From the human T2T-CHM13v2.0 reference genome, Homo sapiens, in NCBI RefSeq assembly GCF_009914755.1, contig NC_060928.1: a stretch of 64,000 nt of DNA; one strand, given 5' to 3'. The notes beneath the pieces were generated by a model. That model was not told the DNA's origin. It did not search any database and was given only the letters and a program-made list of their open reading frames with translations. This document shows positions 1 to 13,087 of this stretch, one piece after another (position 1 is the stretch's first letter; the number at the start of each line of letters is the position of its first letter). Position numbers and translations under genes: made by a program.

Positions 1-25
1 ATCTCCTGTATAATCTCCCAGTCCT

Positions 26-46
26 GTGTGTGTATGTGTGTGTGTG
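26..46. repeat. (TG)n microsatellite
   Basis: tgtgtgtgtatgtgtgtgtgt seen directly. Confidence 0.8.
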
Positions 47-478
47 TTTTGATAGGGAACCAGAGCTCTCATGTTTGACTACTTTATTCTTTCACTTTTC
101 CTTTCTGTGTTCCAGTCTCTTAGACAGAAATAGTTTTGTTTTTTTTTTTAATTTTCTTTCTAATTGGGTGAGAGTATTCCTTATATTATTTCTGTCGACT
201 TCATGAAGTAGTTTTTGCCCTTGACTTACTGTAGCTATGCTATTGAATGGCTTTAGATGGATCTGGTTTGCTGTAAGAATGGAAAACTATCACCTTAATT
301 CTTCATAATATTGTCTCCATGATACATGCTTACATATATGTACAGATAATATGTATGATATTAATTTTTGTTACCAACATTTATCGGAAAATTTTCCTAA
401 AACAAGTAGGTGGATGCTTTTTAAAAATCAGCCTTAAGATTGCCATCTTCAGTCTTTTTTTCAGCCTTCGCCAGAGAT

Positions 479-938
479 TGCTGGGTCCATCCGCAGACCC
501 TGGCCGGGCTACGGATGAAAGGAGTACTCAGACACAGGTATCCAGTGAAAGAGCAGTTAAGGGACTGCCCGGCAGTAGGTGGCCGAAGAGTGAGCAGTCT
601 CAATAAGCTGGAGCTCTTTGCTTTTATTCAGTACAGACCTAATGCCAAAAGCCTGGAACCAACACAATCTGTGGGTAATTAACATTGTTGTTCCCCCTTG
701 TGGGAGCAGTCTCGAATGGGATGATCAAAAGTTGGTTTCTGGACAACATAAGTAAACAAGCCTATTTAGATAAACTCTCTTATATTTCCTTGTACCTACT
801 CCTCACCCTCTGCTTCAGGGTAAGAGAACAGCTGCCTTCAGCTTATTCTCCTCCAAAGTTTTGCAGAGCCTTCTGACATTTCAAAAGGTCTGCTTCTTTC
901 CCTACAGCTTCTTCCATCATGCTGACCAATCCCCCATA
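479..938 (-). mobile_element. LTR22-family solo LTR (HERV-K HML-5)
   Basis: Reverse complement matches recalled LTR22 motifs (GAATAAGCTGAAGGCAGCTGTTCTCTTACCCTGA, AGTAGGTACAAGG); perfect 6-bp TSD AGAGAT at 473-478 and 939-944. Confidence 0.85.
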
Positions 939-1493
939 AGAGATAATGCAAAACTTCACTTGCTAGCCTGAACATAATTTTGTGCTCTATGGCTATCAAA
1001 ATATTTAAATGATGGACAAATTCTTGTATGAGTAAATTATCCTTATGTCTAGTAAGGATGACTATTCAGTCTAGAGAATTCTAATTATGGACTCTTGACA
1101 ATAAGACTTTGAATATTTTCTGTTTCACATATCAGAGTACTCATATGAATCTTCTTGTTACTTCAGTAAATTTTGTATTCAAGGAGTAATTAGGCTTATT
1201 TTTGTAAGGAAGTAAATTCCACCTCAGGAGAACTGTTTAGTGACTTCACTTCCTCTTCTTCAAACTCTCAGAGAAAAATGGAAATGCTTCATGCAAGAGA
1301 TAAGATAAGTCTTCAAAACAACATTTGGTACATTAAAAATTTATTATAGGTGCCAGGATAAATTTGGTGCTACATAACTTTCCTGAACCAATAATGTTTT
1401 AAAGATATTTATGATGCATTATCTGAAATACATTTAAAAACTCATTCTGAAAACTACACAATTCAACTTGTTTTTAATGTAAGCATTATAGGA

Positions 1494-2829
1494 TTTTTTT
1501 TTTATTATTGTACTTTAAGTTGTGGGTTACATGTGCAGAATGTGCAGGTTCGTTACATAGGTATATGTCCCATGGTGGATTCATGAACCCATCAACCTGT
1601 CATCTACATTAGGTATTTCTCCTAATGCTATCCCTCCCCCAGCCCAACACTCCCTGACAGGCCCTGGTGTGTGATGTTCCCCTCCCTGTATCCATGTGTT
1701 CTCATTGTTCAACTTCCACTATAAGTAAGAACATGTGTTGTTTGGTTTTCTGTTCTTGTGTTAGTTTGCTGAGAATGTGGTTTCCAGCCTCATCCAGGTC
1801 CCTGCAAAGGACATGAACTCATCCATTTTTATGGCTGCATAGTATTCCATGGTGTATATGGGTTGCTTCCAAAGCTTTGTTGTTGTGAACAGTGCCATAA
1901 TAAACATAAGTGCATGGGATTTATAATCCTTTGGGTATATACCCAGTAATGGGATTATTGAGTCAAATGGTATTTCTCATTCTAGGTCATTGAGGAATCC
2001 CCACACTTTCTTCCACAATGGTTGAACTAATTTACACTCCCACCAACAGTGTAAAAGCGTTCCTATTTCTCCACATCCTCTCCAGCATCTGTTGTTTCCT
2101 GACATTATAATGATCACTATTCTAACTGGCATGAGATGGTATGTCATTGTGGATTTGATTTGCGTTTCTCTAATGCCCAGTGATGTTGAGCTTTTTTTTC
2201 ATGTTTGTTGGATGCATAAACGTCTTCTTTTGAGAAGTGTCTGTTCATATCCATCGCCCACATTTTGAAGGTGCTGTTTCTTTTTTTTCTTGTAAATTTG
2301 TTTAAGTTCTTTGTAGATTCTGGATATTAGCCCTTTTTCAGATGAATAGATTGCAAAAATTTTCTCCCGTTCTGTAGGTTGCCTGTTCATGCTGATGATA
2401 GTTTCTTTGCTGTGCAGAAGCTCTTTAGTTTAATGAGATTCCATTTGTCAATTTTGGCTTTTGTTGCCATTGCTTTTGGTGTTTTAGTCATTAAGTCTTT
2501 TTCCATGCCTGTGTCCTGAATTGTACTGACTAGGTTTTCTTCTAGGGTTTTTCTGGTTTTAGGTCTTATGTTTAAGTCTTTAATCCATCTTGAGTTAATT
2601 TTTATATAAGATGTAAGGAAGAGATCCAATTTCAGCTTTCTGCGTATGGCTAGCCAGTTTTTCCAACACCATTTATTAAACAGGGAATCCTTTCCTCATT
2701 GCTTGTTTTTTCAGGTTTGTCAAAGATCAGATGGTTGTAGATGTGTGGCGTTATTTCTGAGGCGTCTGTTCTGTTCCATTGGTCTATATATCTGTTTTGG
2801 TACCAGTACCATGCTGATTTGGTTACTGT
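1494..2829 (-). mobile_element. L1PA7/8-like 3' portion (ORF2 end, 3'UTR, poly-A)
   Basis: Poly-T followed by antisense L1 3'UTR; minus ORFs 2199-2629 translate to L1 ORF2p ([27 protein letters not shown]). Confidence 0.95.
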
Positions 2830-2922
2830 TATTTACCTAGTAGTCATTAAGGACCAGGTTGTTCAGTTTCCATGTAGTTGTGCAGTTTTTTGTGAGTTTC
2901 TTAATCCTGAGTCCTAATTTGA
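2828..2922 (-). mobile_element. Short L1 ORF2 fragment from just downstream of the endonuclease region
   Basis: Reverse complement resembles L1 CTCAGGATTAAGAAACTCAC...ACTACATGGAAACTGAACAACC; not contiguous in L1 with either neighbour. Confidence 0.85.
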
Positions 2923-4098
2923 AACTGGACCCCTTCCTTACAGCTTGTATAAAAATTAGCTCAAATGTATTAAAGGCTTAAATGTAAAACACAAAACCGT
3001 AAAAACCCTAGAAAGAAATCTAGGCAATACCATTCAAGACATAGGCATGGGCAGAGATTTTATGACTAAATCACCAAAGCAATTGTAACAAAAGCAAAAA
3101 TTGACAAATGAGATCTAATTAAGAGCTTCTGCACAGCAAAAGAAACTATCGTCAGGACAAATAGACAACCTACAGAATGGGAGAAAATTTTTGCAAGCTA
3201 TCCATCTGACAAAGGTCTAATATTCAGAACCTACAAGGAACTCATACAAATTTACATAAAAAATCCCTATCAAAAAGTGGGCAAAGAACATGAACAGACA
3301 CTTCTCAAAAGAAGGCATTCATAAGGCCAACAAACCTATGAAGAAAAGCTCAACATCACTGATCATTAGAGAAATGCAAATTAAAATCACAATGAGATAT
3401 CATCTCACAGCAGTCAGAATGGCAATTATTAAGAAGTCGAGAAACAATAGATGCTGGCGAGGCTGTGTAGAAATAGGAATGCTTTTACATTGTTGGTGGG
3501 AATCTAAATTAATTGAACCACTGTGGAAGACAGTGCGGCAATTCCTCAAGGATCTAGAACCAGAAATACCATTAGACCCAGATATCCCATTACTGGGTAT
3601 ATACCTAAAGGAATATAAATCATTCTATTATAAAGATACATGCACCTGTATGTTTATTGCAGCACTATTCATGACAGCAAAGACATGGAATCAATACAAA
3701 TGCCCATCAATGATAGACTGGATAAAGACAATGTGGTACATATACACCATGAACACTATGTAGCTATAGAAAGGACAAAGGTCATGTCCTTTTCAGGGGC
3801 ATGGATGAAGTTGGAAACCATTATCCTCAGCAAACTAACACAGGAACAGAAAACCAAACACCACATGTTCTCACTCATATGCGGGAGTTGAACAGTGAGA
3901 ACACATAGACACAGGGTGGGGAACAACACACACCAGGGCCTCTCGGGGGGCAGGGGGATAAATAGATAATGCATTTGGTACTTAATACATAGGTGATGGG
4001 TTGATAGGTGCAGCAAACAAAACAGGTTTGTTACCTATGTAACAAACCTGCACATCCTGCACATGTATCCAGGAACTTAAATAAAATTTAAAAAAAAA
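2920..4098 (+). mobile_element. L1PA8-11-like 3' portion (ORF2 C-terminus, 3'UTR, poly-A)
   Basis: ORF 3290-3763 is the L1 ORF2p C-terminus ([25 protein letters not shown]...); L1 3'UTR; A-tail at 4090-4098. Confidence 0.95.
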
Positions 4099-4397
4099 GA
4101 CTCCTAGTAGATGCCTAGACCTTACATATACTATGTTTTTCCTATACATACATACCTATGGTAAAGTTTAATTTATAAATTAGGCACAGTAAGAGATTAA
4201 CAACAGTAGTTAATAATAAAACAGAACAATTATAACAAAATATTATAAAAAAATTTACATGGACATTGTCTTTCCTTCTCTCTCTCCCTTTAAAAATACC
4301 CCATTGTATAATACCTTACTCACCTATTTTTGAATCAAGGTTGACCTGGGGTAAGTGAAACTGCAACAAGCAAAATGACTGATAAGGTGGAACTACT
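4099..4397 (-). mobile_element. MER44A (Tigger-derived MITE) lacking one terminus
   Basis: TTTATAAATTAGGCACAGTAAGAGATTAACAAC core; right end GATAAGGTGGAACTACT is TIR-like; left TIR absent. Confidence 0.85.
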
Positions 4398-6245
4398 AAA
4401 TGTTTATATATGTAAACATTACCTTGTACTTTCTCTTAACTCACCACTGTTTTTGCCACACCAAAAGACTTCAGTAAACTTTAGCACGAATGCTCAGTTT
4501 CTAGGCTAGGAAATTACCTGAGAATTCTATTTCTGTGGAGAATTTGAGACAGCTATATAGATAGAAGGCACAAAACCAAGTTTCCTAGCCGTAGAATGTA
4601 GTTGATGACAGGGCATCTTTATTAATAGAGAATTTGATCTATATTATAAGGCCAATGAAGATTATAGAATGGGAAAAAAAGGTTAAGGTTAGCACTATCC
4701 AGTGTCCAACACAGAGAAGCAAAGGTACCTTGAAACTCAAGGAGGATATGCACTCCTTGATGTAACATTGCTTGGAAGAAAGGATATTGTTATGAGAAAG
4801 CTAACATATTACAATGGCTAAGGTATGTGAAACCAGCAGGTAGCATAACCATGCAATTTTTCATTCACACTTGAGGAATGAAGGTGCCTCAAAATATAAC
4901 CAATAGGCATTTTTCGTTCTACAACATTTTCAAGCAGGCAAACAGATAGTCATGCTATCAAGAAGGCTTTATCACAAGCCTCATTGGTTCAAAGTGCTGA
5001 AGCTACTCTGTATTCTTTCCCAACGTGCAGATATTTTGCTTACAAATGGAACATATCAAATCAAGCTTTTGTGAACTTGAGGGAAGAAACAAAGAATATG
5101 AAGCCTAAATGGAAGTGTCAGGAAATGGTCGCCTTGCGGACAAGGAAACAGCAGCCTGGAAGGCCAGGAGAGGGCAGACTACCCACCTAACCCTCTGCAG
5201 AATTTTGTGTGGACCCTGGAGACCAGAAACTAACTTCTCCTGCAGGTATATGTTCCCCCATGCCGGCCAGAAAGCACAGAGAAGGAACACTTCTCCCTGG
5301 GTCCTTAGGATCGGACAGCTGGCTTTAGTCCCAACCAGTCATATCAATAATAAATATTGCTATTTTAATACTAGCAACAATGATATAAATTATGGTCATT
5401 ATCCTTTCCTCACATTTCAAACCCTAAATCACATCCTATGAAACAAATTAGACAAAGATAACCAATAGAGTCCACTTTAATGTGGGGATTTTTTTTCAAT
5501 GTATTTATGTTCTTTATATCCTCTGTTTTAGAAAATATTTCTTGAAATATAATTTTGCTATGTCTATTTCCTTAATCCTAGATATTGTATAGTCTTTGTA
5601 TGTCAATTTGTGGTGTAACTAAGGCAATTGAAAGATACAGTTGACTGAGAATAACTAAAATATTGATTAAATACAATCGGCCTCCTTTTTAGGAAACTGG
5701 CCTTTTCTGAGCCATCCAACAGTTTCTAAATAGTACAATAGATAGAACAATGAAAAAAATAAAAAAAAACTTTAAAAATAGCCCAAAGCCATGAATAGTA
5801 AATTATTTTTTAAATTCTATATATGTTGGCCCTAGAGTAATTTTTAATCGCTTATTCTGAGAAGACATTTTTTTTTCTTTGAAATCAATGACCTTGGTAC
5901 TTAGAGCTTGATAAATTTTAAGATGTTTCCCTATTTTACATTTTAAAAAATTTACAATCATTAGTATGTCACTCATGAATGCTGTAATAAAAAAAGAGGA
6001 AATAAAGCCTTGTTTTTTGTCAATGCTTATGTAGGTGTAACATCCAGAAAACATTAGTCTTTTGGGGAAGATTTAAATGTTTCCATTTTAATAGGTCAAT
6101 TAATTTATTTGAACAAAAGCATCATTTTAGAAGGAAACAACAGGATGTGTCTGTACTTGACCAGTTGCAGCTCATTTGCTGATGTTTTCGTCTAAGCATA
6201 GGACATCAGTGAACAACAGAAATTTCTAGTAAAAATGATTGCGGA

Positions 6246-6397
6246 ATAATAATAAAAAGCACTTACATGTCTTTATGATGCGCTTAGCACTGTTTTAACC
6301 AAGGAGATGGCTATTTAGCTTATCTTCATTTTACATGTGAGAGAATGAGGCAGCAAATAAGGAACACAGCTGAGATTAAAGCCCAGGCTATCTGGCT
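6246..6397 (-). mobile_element. MIR fragment
   Basis: CATTTTACATGTGAGAGAATGAGGC core and GATTAAAGCCCAGGCTATCTGGCT. Confidence 0.6.
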
Positions 6398-6687
6398 GGA
6401 TAATTAGCAGCACAGGTAAGGGAGAACAAAAATTAGGTATATTAATATAGGAATAGGGAAAGTCGCTGAAAGTTAAAGTTTCAATGCAATATATATTTAT
6501 AAGCATATTACTCATCCAATATTGGTTTGAATATCCAAAAGTCATTTCATTGATTAATTCAGTAAATAACCACTGGGTCTCGTTTAGTCAGTTTCCAAAA
6601 CCACACTCTATTTTCATTTTCACTTTGCATTTGACTGTCCTATACCAGCTCATTTTCCCTCTACTGTGTGTGCGTAAGTTTTATGGG

Positions 6688-6738
6688 GTGTGTGTGTGTT
6701 GGTGGGGGGAGAGAGAGAGAGAGACAGAGGAGGGAGAG
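6688..6738. repeat. (GT)n / (GA)n simple repeat
   Basis: seen directly. Confidence 0.8.
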
Positions 6739-6769
6739 TTGGGTACAGCTCTTTTTCAGATGTGATTAC

Positions 6770-7010
6770 CTTCGGAAGGTTTGAAAACGATGGTTTAATG
6801 CAACCTTTTTTCTCTGATTCTCAGTCTTGGGTATATTTGGGGATTTTAGGGTTTAGGCTGCCGCCAAGAAGACTGCTACTGTTATCATACTGAACAGATG
6901 CTGCCAACTCTTAAGCTCCAGATATTTCTGTAGAAGCTCTTCTAACTCTTTTAAGAGTTTGCTCAGAAAAGCAAAAGGTAGGATCAGGCTACTGCAAATC
7001 TGCCTGTGGT
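6770..7010 (-). other. Probable non-coding first exon (5'UTR) of a minus-strand gene, possibly a sodium-channel gene such as SCN7A
   Basis: Unique sequence; minus-strand donor AAG|GTAATC at 6770/6769; motif GCAGTCTTCTTGGCGGCAGC resembles an SCN2A 5'UTR exon motif as I recall it; gene identity and 5' boundary are inference. Confidence 0.5.
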
Positions 7011-7310
7011 ATTTTATCCTGCAAGGTGACAGGTTTATTTAAGATGAAACTTCCAAGTCATGAGCCAGTTCAGAGAGAGTTCTTAATTATTTTTTTCTAA
7101 ACTTTGTTTATACCAACTTTTAATTCATTTGGCTTAAATGGAATTTTATTGAGGCTATAAGGAGCAGTCTGCATGCTGGGATTTGCACAGAACCAAAAAC
7201 ATTATCCAAGACTAAGTAACAGCTGGAAAGAAACTATGGGACCTCCCACATAACCACCACTGAGAGCTAGACAATGGGTGAGTTATTTGACAGAGTAATA
7301 GCAACAGCTG
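7011..7310 (-). promoter_or_regulatory. Putative proximal promoter
   Basis: TAAATAAA (minus, 7041-7034) ~30 nt upstream of the putative start; E-boxes CAGCTG at 7220-7225 and 7305-7310; SOX-like ACAATG at 7271-7276. Confidence 0.35.
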
Positions 7311-7692
7311 CCAAGTAGGTCTTTTTTTTAAACTCAACTTTGAAACTCTCAGAATTGAAATGAGCGGACTTGGTAGAGCTATTGAGAGTGGGAAAAAACA
7401 TTCTTAGAATATTCCTTTGCCAAATGAAACCTACTGTGTCTAAAAATCTGCCAAGTCATCTTTCATATCATTATAGCATACTTAGTTCAGGAGTATTTTA
7501 TTGGGCATGAATATTACTTTAACCTGTCGGTCTAACATCAGTTCTATATAGCACAAATTTAACTATTGATAATTATTTGATAAATCAAATAATGTACATA
7601 ACCAAGATGTGTTGCCTGAATAATTTAAGTCATCTTCTCCAAATAGTTTGTTATCTACAAAAAAATCACATAGACATCTGAAAATCTATCTC

Positions 7693-7830
7693 ACTCATAA
7701 GTATATATTTTTAATATATATAATATATTAATATATGTTTATATATAATATGTTAATATATAATATAATATATATTTATATATAGTAAAAAATAATTTAA
7801 TATATACTCATAAGTACAGATTTTTTAATA
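7693..7830. repeat. TA-rich low-complexity tract flanked by a direct repeat
   Basis: ACTCATAAGTA at 7693-7703 and 7806-7816 with near-pure A/T between. Confidence 0.8.
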
Positions 7831-9589
7831 ATTCAATATAACCTTGCCAAATTAGAGTGATTATTTTTTGTTTAAAATGAGATTTAATTTCAAAACAAAA
7901 ACAGATATATGATACATAATTTATAGTAGATTTTCTTTTCTGTCTTTACTAAAATATCACATTTATCAGATTGGTGTTACTCCGCCTCACGCATTTAGCT
8001 ACTCAAGTATTTATTAACTGAAAGTAAGTCTTCATCATTATTCTCCCTAATACTGGTCAAATCCCTATGTATGCTGACTGCCACAAATAAATCATGAAAT
8101 AAAATGTGTAAGAAACTTATAATCTAAGGCAATTTTGCAAAGTCGAAATAAAAATACACTCATTCATATAAATTTTTCTTAGGATTTCCTTTATGCCTCC
8201 CCACTTAGTAGGCATACTCAACATTAAATCAAACGTATAAAAGCAATATTATTTGTAACATGTCCAGCAATCTAGTTCACCTGGAGTTACTCTAAACTAC
8301 AAAGCCAATAGAGTTTTTAGGGACATGGCAAGGTTTAACATCAGAATCTGTATTTTTCAGCTGGGAAATGGACAATCTCATAGCTAAAATGAAGAACATA
8401 TTTGGAGAGCACATAATATACATGAGGCTTTTTAAATGAATTACTGTTTTATGAAAGAAGATAATAGGAATAATTTCATTTTATTTTTTTTCTACTTCAT
8501 ATTAATAGTGGAACCTGGCTATGAATCCTCATAGAGATTCAAACCATGTCCTACCAATTGTTTGGCTGTGTAAAATTGTATTGAAGAAAAAAGATTATTA
8601 TCGTATTTTGTTGTATTGTCTTTCTGTTTGATCATTTAGTTGTAATTTGGGGAGCTTCCTTACTTTTAAAGGTACACTTAACAGCGTTGTGAAATCATGC
8701 TTTGCAGAGGCAGGTTCTATTATCAAATAAATTTTTATTCTGGTAAAATAGACAATTCAGAAAGATGAAGAATGGTGGTCTTTGATAGCTATATGATTGT
8801 TCACTTTTGCCCACATAGACAAGAAAGACTCCCTCGGAAAAATCTTTGAGATAAGAAAATATAAATTAATGGATAAAAATTAAGGGCATTTAAAGTGGAT
8901 GTTCAATCTTTGTTGCAGCCAGCAGGAGCCTTGAGCGGCTGAATTTTTGCTGTGGCAAGAACAGGAATGAGGTGTCCTTATCAGTGTATTCATAAAAACC
9001 AGTTGTTTTATGAGAGGTTCATACAAGTTAAAACTTGAAACAAATGCGGATAAGAATAAAAATATTCTCGAGGAATAAACCCCTTTAAACTATTTGTATT
9101 CTTTTGACTTTGGAAGGTAATTCTTGTAAAAGTGCATTCTGAACTAACTACTGAAGCCTGAACTTGTTGAAGAGTAGTGAAAATGGCAAGTCTGACATCA
9201 AAGTTTTACTATTTACATTACTGTAAATTCAGATTTCAATGTTTTGGAAAAAAAGGTTTTTTAGCAATGGACTCTTTAAAAACTTTTTTCACAGCACAAC
9301 TCACAGTTAGTTCCAAGGCGATTAAGTGCTTAAGGGCAGCTAGCTGTTCCTGTCCCTAACTAACAAACTTTTATTGGATAACCTTGGGAGGCTTGATGAA
9401 TTTGGTTTGGTTGGTCCTTAGAAATGAGCATTTTGCCCTTGAAGGATTACACAGACTACCCTGGAAGCAAAATGGCTAAAACTCAGTCACGTATCAGTGA
9501 GCTTCTGTGTGTCCAGCCTTTGCACCTCTGGAGTTCCTTGCCCATGAGATTCCACTGCCTACTCCAAGTCCTTCAGCCCATTCCTTTCT

Positions 9590-9880
9590 GTCACTATGAA
9601 TAAACATACAGTATTTCAAAACTAAAACGACACTTGTCCTCATCGCAGAAATTTTTCCATTTCCCTTTTATTCCCTATTTAATTAAATGCATAACCATAT
9701 ATCATGTGCTCAAACCTGAAACCTAGAACTCATCTCTGATTCCTCGTTATCTCTGAGTCTCATTACTTCTATGAACAAGTCTTCAAAAATATCTTTGCAA
9801 TCCTTGTACTACCTTCCATTTCTACTACTACTACGAACATCCAGGGCAGTATCATTTCTAGCTTGTATTAACCATCTTAT
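9590..9880 (+). mobile_element. L2 fragment
   Basis: GCTCAAACCTGAAACCTAGAACTCATCTCTGATTCCTC resembles L2 ORF2 3' region. Confidence 0.6.
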
Positions 9881-9984
9881 ATCTAACTTCTAGAAACACA
9901 CACATACACATCAGTTTAACCATATTAGAGGTAACATATATTTTAAAATATAAACTAAAGCTGTTCACATACTAGTTTAAATTA

Positions 9985-10315
<331 letters not shown>

Positions 10316-11013
10316 GAAATATATAAAATGTATGAAAATAAGGACTATATATACGCCAATGTATAAGTAGTAACTCTTACCATGCTTTGCACATAGAAGG
10401 CATTCTATATTTTTTTAATTCATAAATGAGCAACACAGTGGTTTTGCTGTTATACCTCCCATACAAAGTTAACCCTACTTACCCAGAGATAACTCTTATA
10501 CTAGTCCATTGTATGGTATTCTGTGCATTCTCTTAGTCTTTTCATTTTATTCTGTTACAGGAAAAAATGTGTATTCGCTTTGGCTACAAACTTAATTAAC
10601 TGAGAAGAGAAAAATGTTTTTATTATATGTTGTACATTATTTTTGAAAATGTATATCATAATTTCTAAAGTTTATTTATGTATTCATATTGCTTACATAA
10701 TAACTCCAAATACAGATGCCATTTCTGAAGATGAAGAATTATGTAAGAACCATTTTCTTTGTCCAAAGAGGGTTATTCTCACTTTTCATAGTATATTGGA
10801 ATTCTAAGGGCAAATGGTAGTTAAGAATGTACTTTTCTGCAAGGAGAATTCATTTATGTCACCACCTGCTAGCACCATCATCAGATTATCTGCCAAATCT
10901 CATATTTTACAATATTAATTTAAATACATTTATTTTTCAATATCTTCTATTGGCTTAGAGTAATCTAAATTTTAAAATCAAATGGTGGCAATTAAATAAT
11001 TGCATATCTCTGA

Positions 11014-11376
<363 letters not shown>

Positions 11377-11479
11377 TAGATAAACAGAAAAACTTTGTAG
11401 CTTTATAGAAGAAAGTTAAAAGGGACTGTCATGAACCTATAGGCAGTTTCTTATTTCCCATCATCAAAACAGAGGAATC

Positions 11480-11740
11480 AAGTTCCTCATCAAAGTCCTT
11501 CTCTGACCATCCGTCGTAAAACAGCAGGTCCCACTCTATTATCTGTCTCCTTAGTGTGCTTTATATTCCTTAATATTATTGATCATATTTAATATCATAT
11601 TATGTACACAATTGCATATCTGTTTATTATATGTGGCCTTGGCAAGAATGTAACATCCTTTGGGGTAAGGGGGATTATTTTCCCCACTTCAGTGGTACAC
11701 ATCAAAGACCTAGCAAGTAAATATGTATTTCTGGAATGAA
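11480..11740 (+). mobile_element. L2 3' end
   Basis: CCTTCTCTGACCA...AGAATGTAACATCCTTTGGGG...AAATATGTATTTCTGGAATGAA. Confidence 0.6.
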
Positions 11741-12481
11741 AATATGTGATACTCAAGCTTCAAAAGAAAAAAAAAGACTTTGAAGGACATTCTAACAGAA
11801 CACTTGAACATGGTGTTTATCATACTTCAATACTCTCCCTCTACCTGACAATCCCAATTTTTTCAAATTACCTTTGTAAAGATATTAAATTATAATTAAA
11901 GCAACCCAAAAGAAGACAAAACTCCCCTGTTCTCTGAATTTCATCTTTGTTCTTTTCTTTCCATTATTTAACTTTTTTTGATAAGCCTAAATATGTAATG
12001 TAAGCACTCAAAATACATTTAGATGATTTTTGTGATATGTATGTTAAAAACTATAATGTTTTCCAAACTTAATTTCATTTATTTCAGTATTATTAAATTA
12101 CATAATTCTGCACTTTTCACGAGTGAGAAAATGATATTTGAATGTTCAAAATGAGTCAAATAATTGATAAATCATTTAATTTAAAACTTCATGTGGATTT
12201 ATGTAATAATCTGATGAATGGTTATCAATAGGCTAATAACATTTAAATAATAGCAATACCAATTAATCCCAATATACCAGTTCAATAATGTCCAGAGTAT
12301 TGACTTTCCAACTTTCAGCTATTCCCTCTTCTTAATTCTTCATGGCTTAACTTTTACAATATGATTATCCTACTCTCATTCTTTTCGGCTTCTATTTCAT
12401 TTCTTCATAAAATATTCAATTTTAACCCCATCTACCAGCCTTCCAAATCACGTATCAGGATTGCTAAATGGTTTTGAATTT

Positions 12482-12486
12482 ATGTG

Positions 12487-12519
<33 letters not shown>

Positions 12520-12617
12520 ACATATATATGTGTGTATATATATATGTGTGTGTGTGTATATATATGTATGTATGTGTATGTATGTATGTATGTATGTGTA
12601 TATATATATATATATAT
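12482..12617. repeat. Compound (TG)n/(TA)n/(TATG)n microsatellite
   Basis: seen directly. Confidence 0.95.
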
Positions 12618-12863
12618 AACTTTAAGACCACTGCCAGTAAACATCAGATTAACAACCCTAAGTGGCATTCAGGACCACTTCCTTAACCTTCTACTTCTGT
12701 ACTCTCTTTAAAAGCTATTTGCTGTTGTCTGTATTTTTACAATTAATGTCATTAGATGTCCTCAACAATTCTTTTGTCTTCAAATGAGGCAGCATCGCAT
12801 CTTCTCTGTCCTGGGACAATAGCTCCTCCTCTTTTATAAGGCTCTACCTGTGCCTTTACTGTA

Positions 12864-13026
12864 CAGGTTCTCTACCTTGATGCTATTGGCATTTTTTTAA
12901 CGGGTTCACTTTACATTGTTTAGCAGCAACCCTTTGACCACTAAATGCCAGTGGCAAACGGCCACCCCTAGCTGTGACAAACGTTTTCAGACATGAGGCC
13001 AAATCATCTTAAGTTGAGAACGACTG
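12864..13026 (-). mobile_element. MER20 (hAT-Charlie MITE)
   Basis: Ends CAGGTTCTCTACC and GTTGAGAACGACTG; internal TGTTTAGCAGCA, CCACTAAATGCCAGT, TGTGACAA. Confidence 0.75.
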
Positions 13027-13087
13027 CCTTAGTGAATACCACTCCCTAACCATGCAATTCAGAGATCTTGTCTTAGAAAGTAACAAG

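Noticed and set aside
3290-3763. 157-aa ORF
   Set aside because: C-terminal remnant of L1 ORF2p in a truncated element, not a host gene
4984-5340. Mildly GC-rich segment with short ORFs
   Set aside because: No recognisable family, splice pattern or protein similarity; cannot be called
6760-6977. Plus-strand exon (TTTTTCAG| ... AAG|GTAGGA)
   Set aside because: No coherent ORF; the minus-strand reading has better support, though this is not formally excluded
12468-12711. Overlapping ORFs rich in C/V/Y/I
   Set aside because: Translations of a microsatellite
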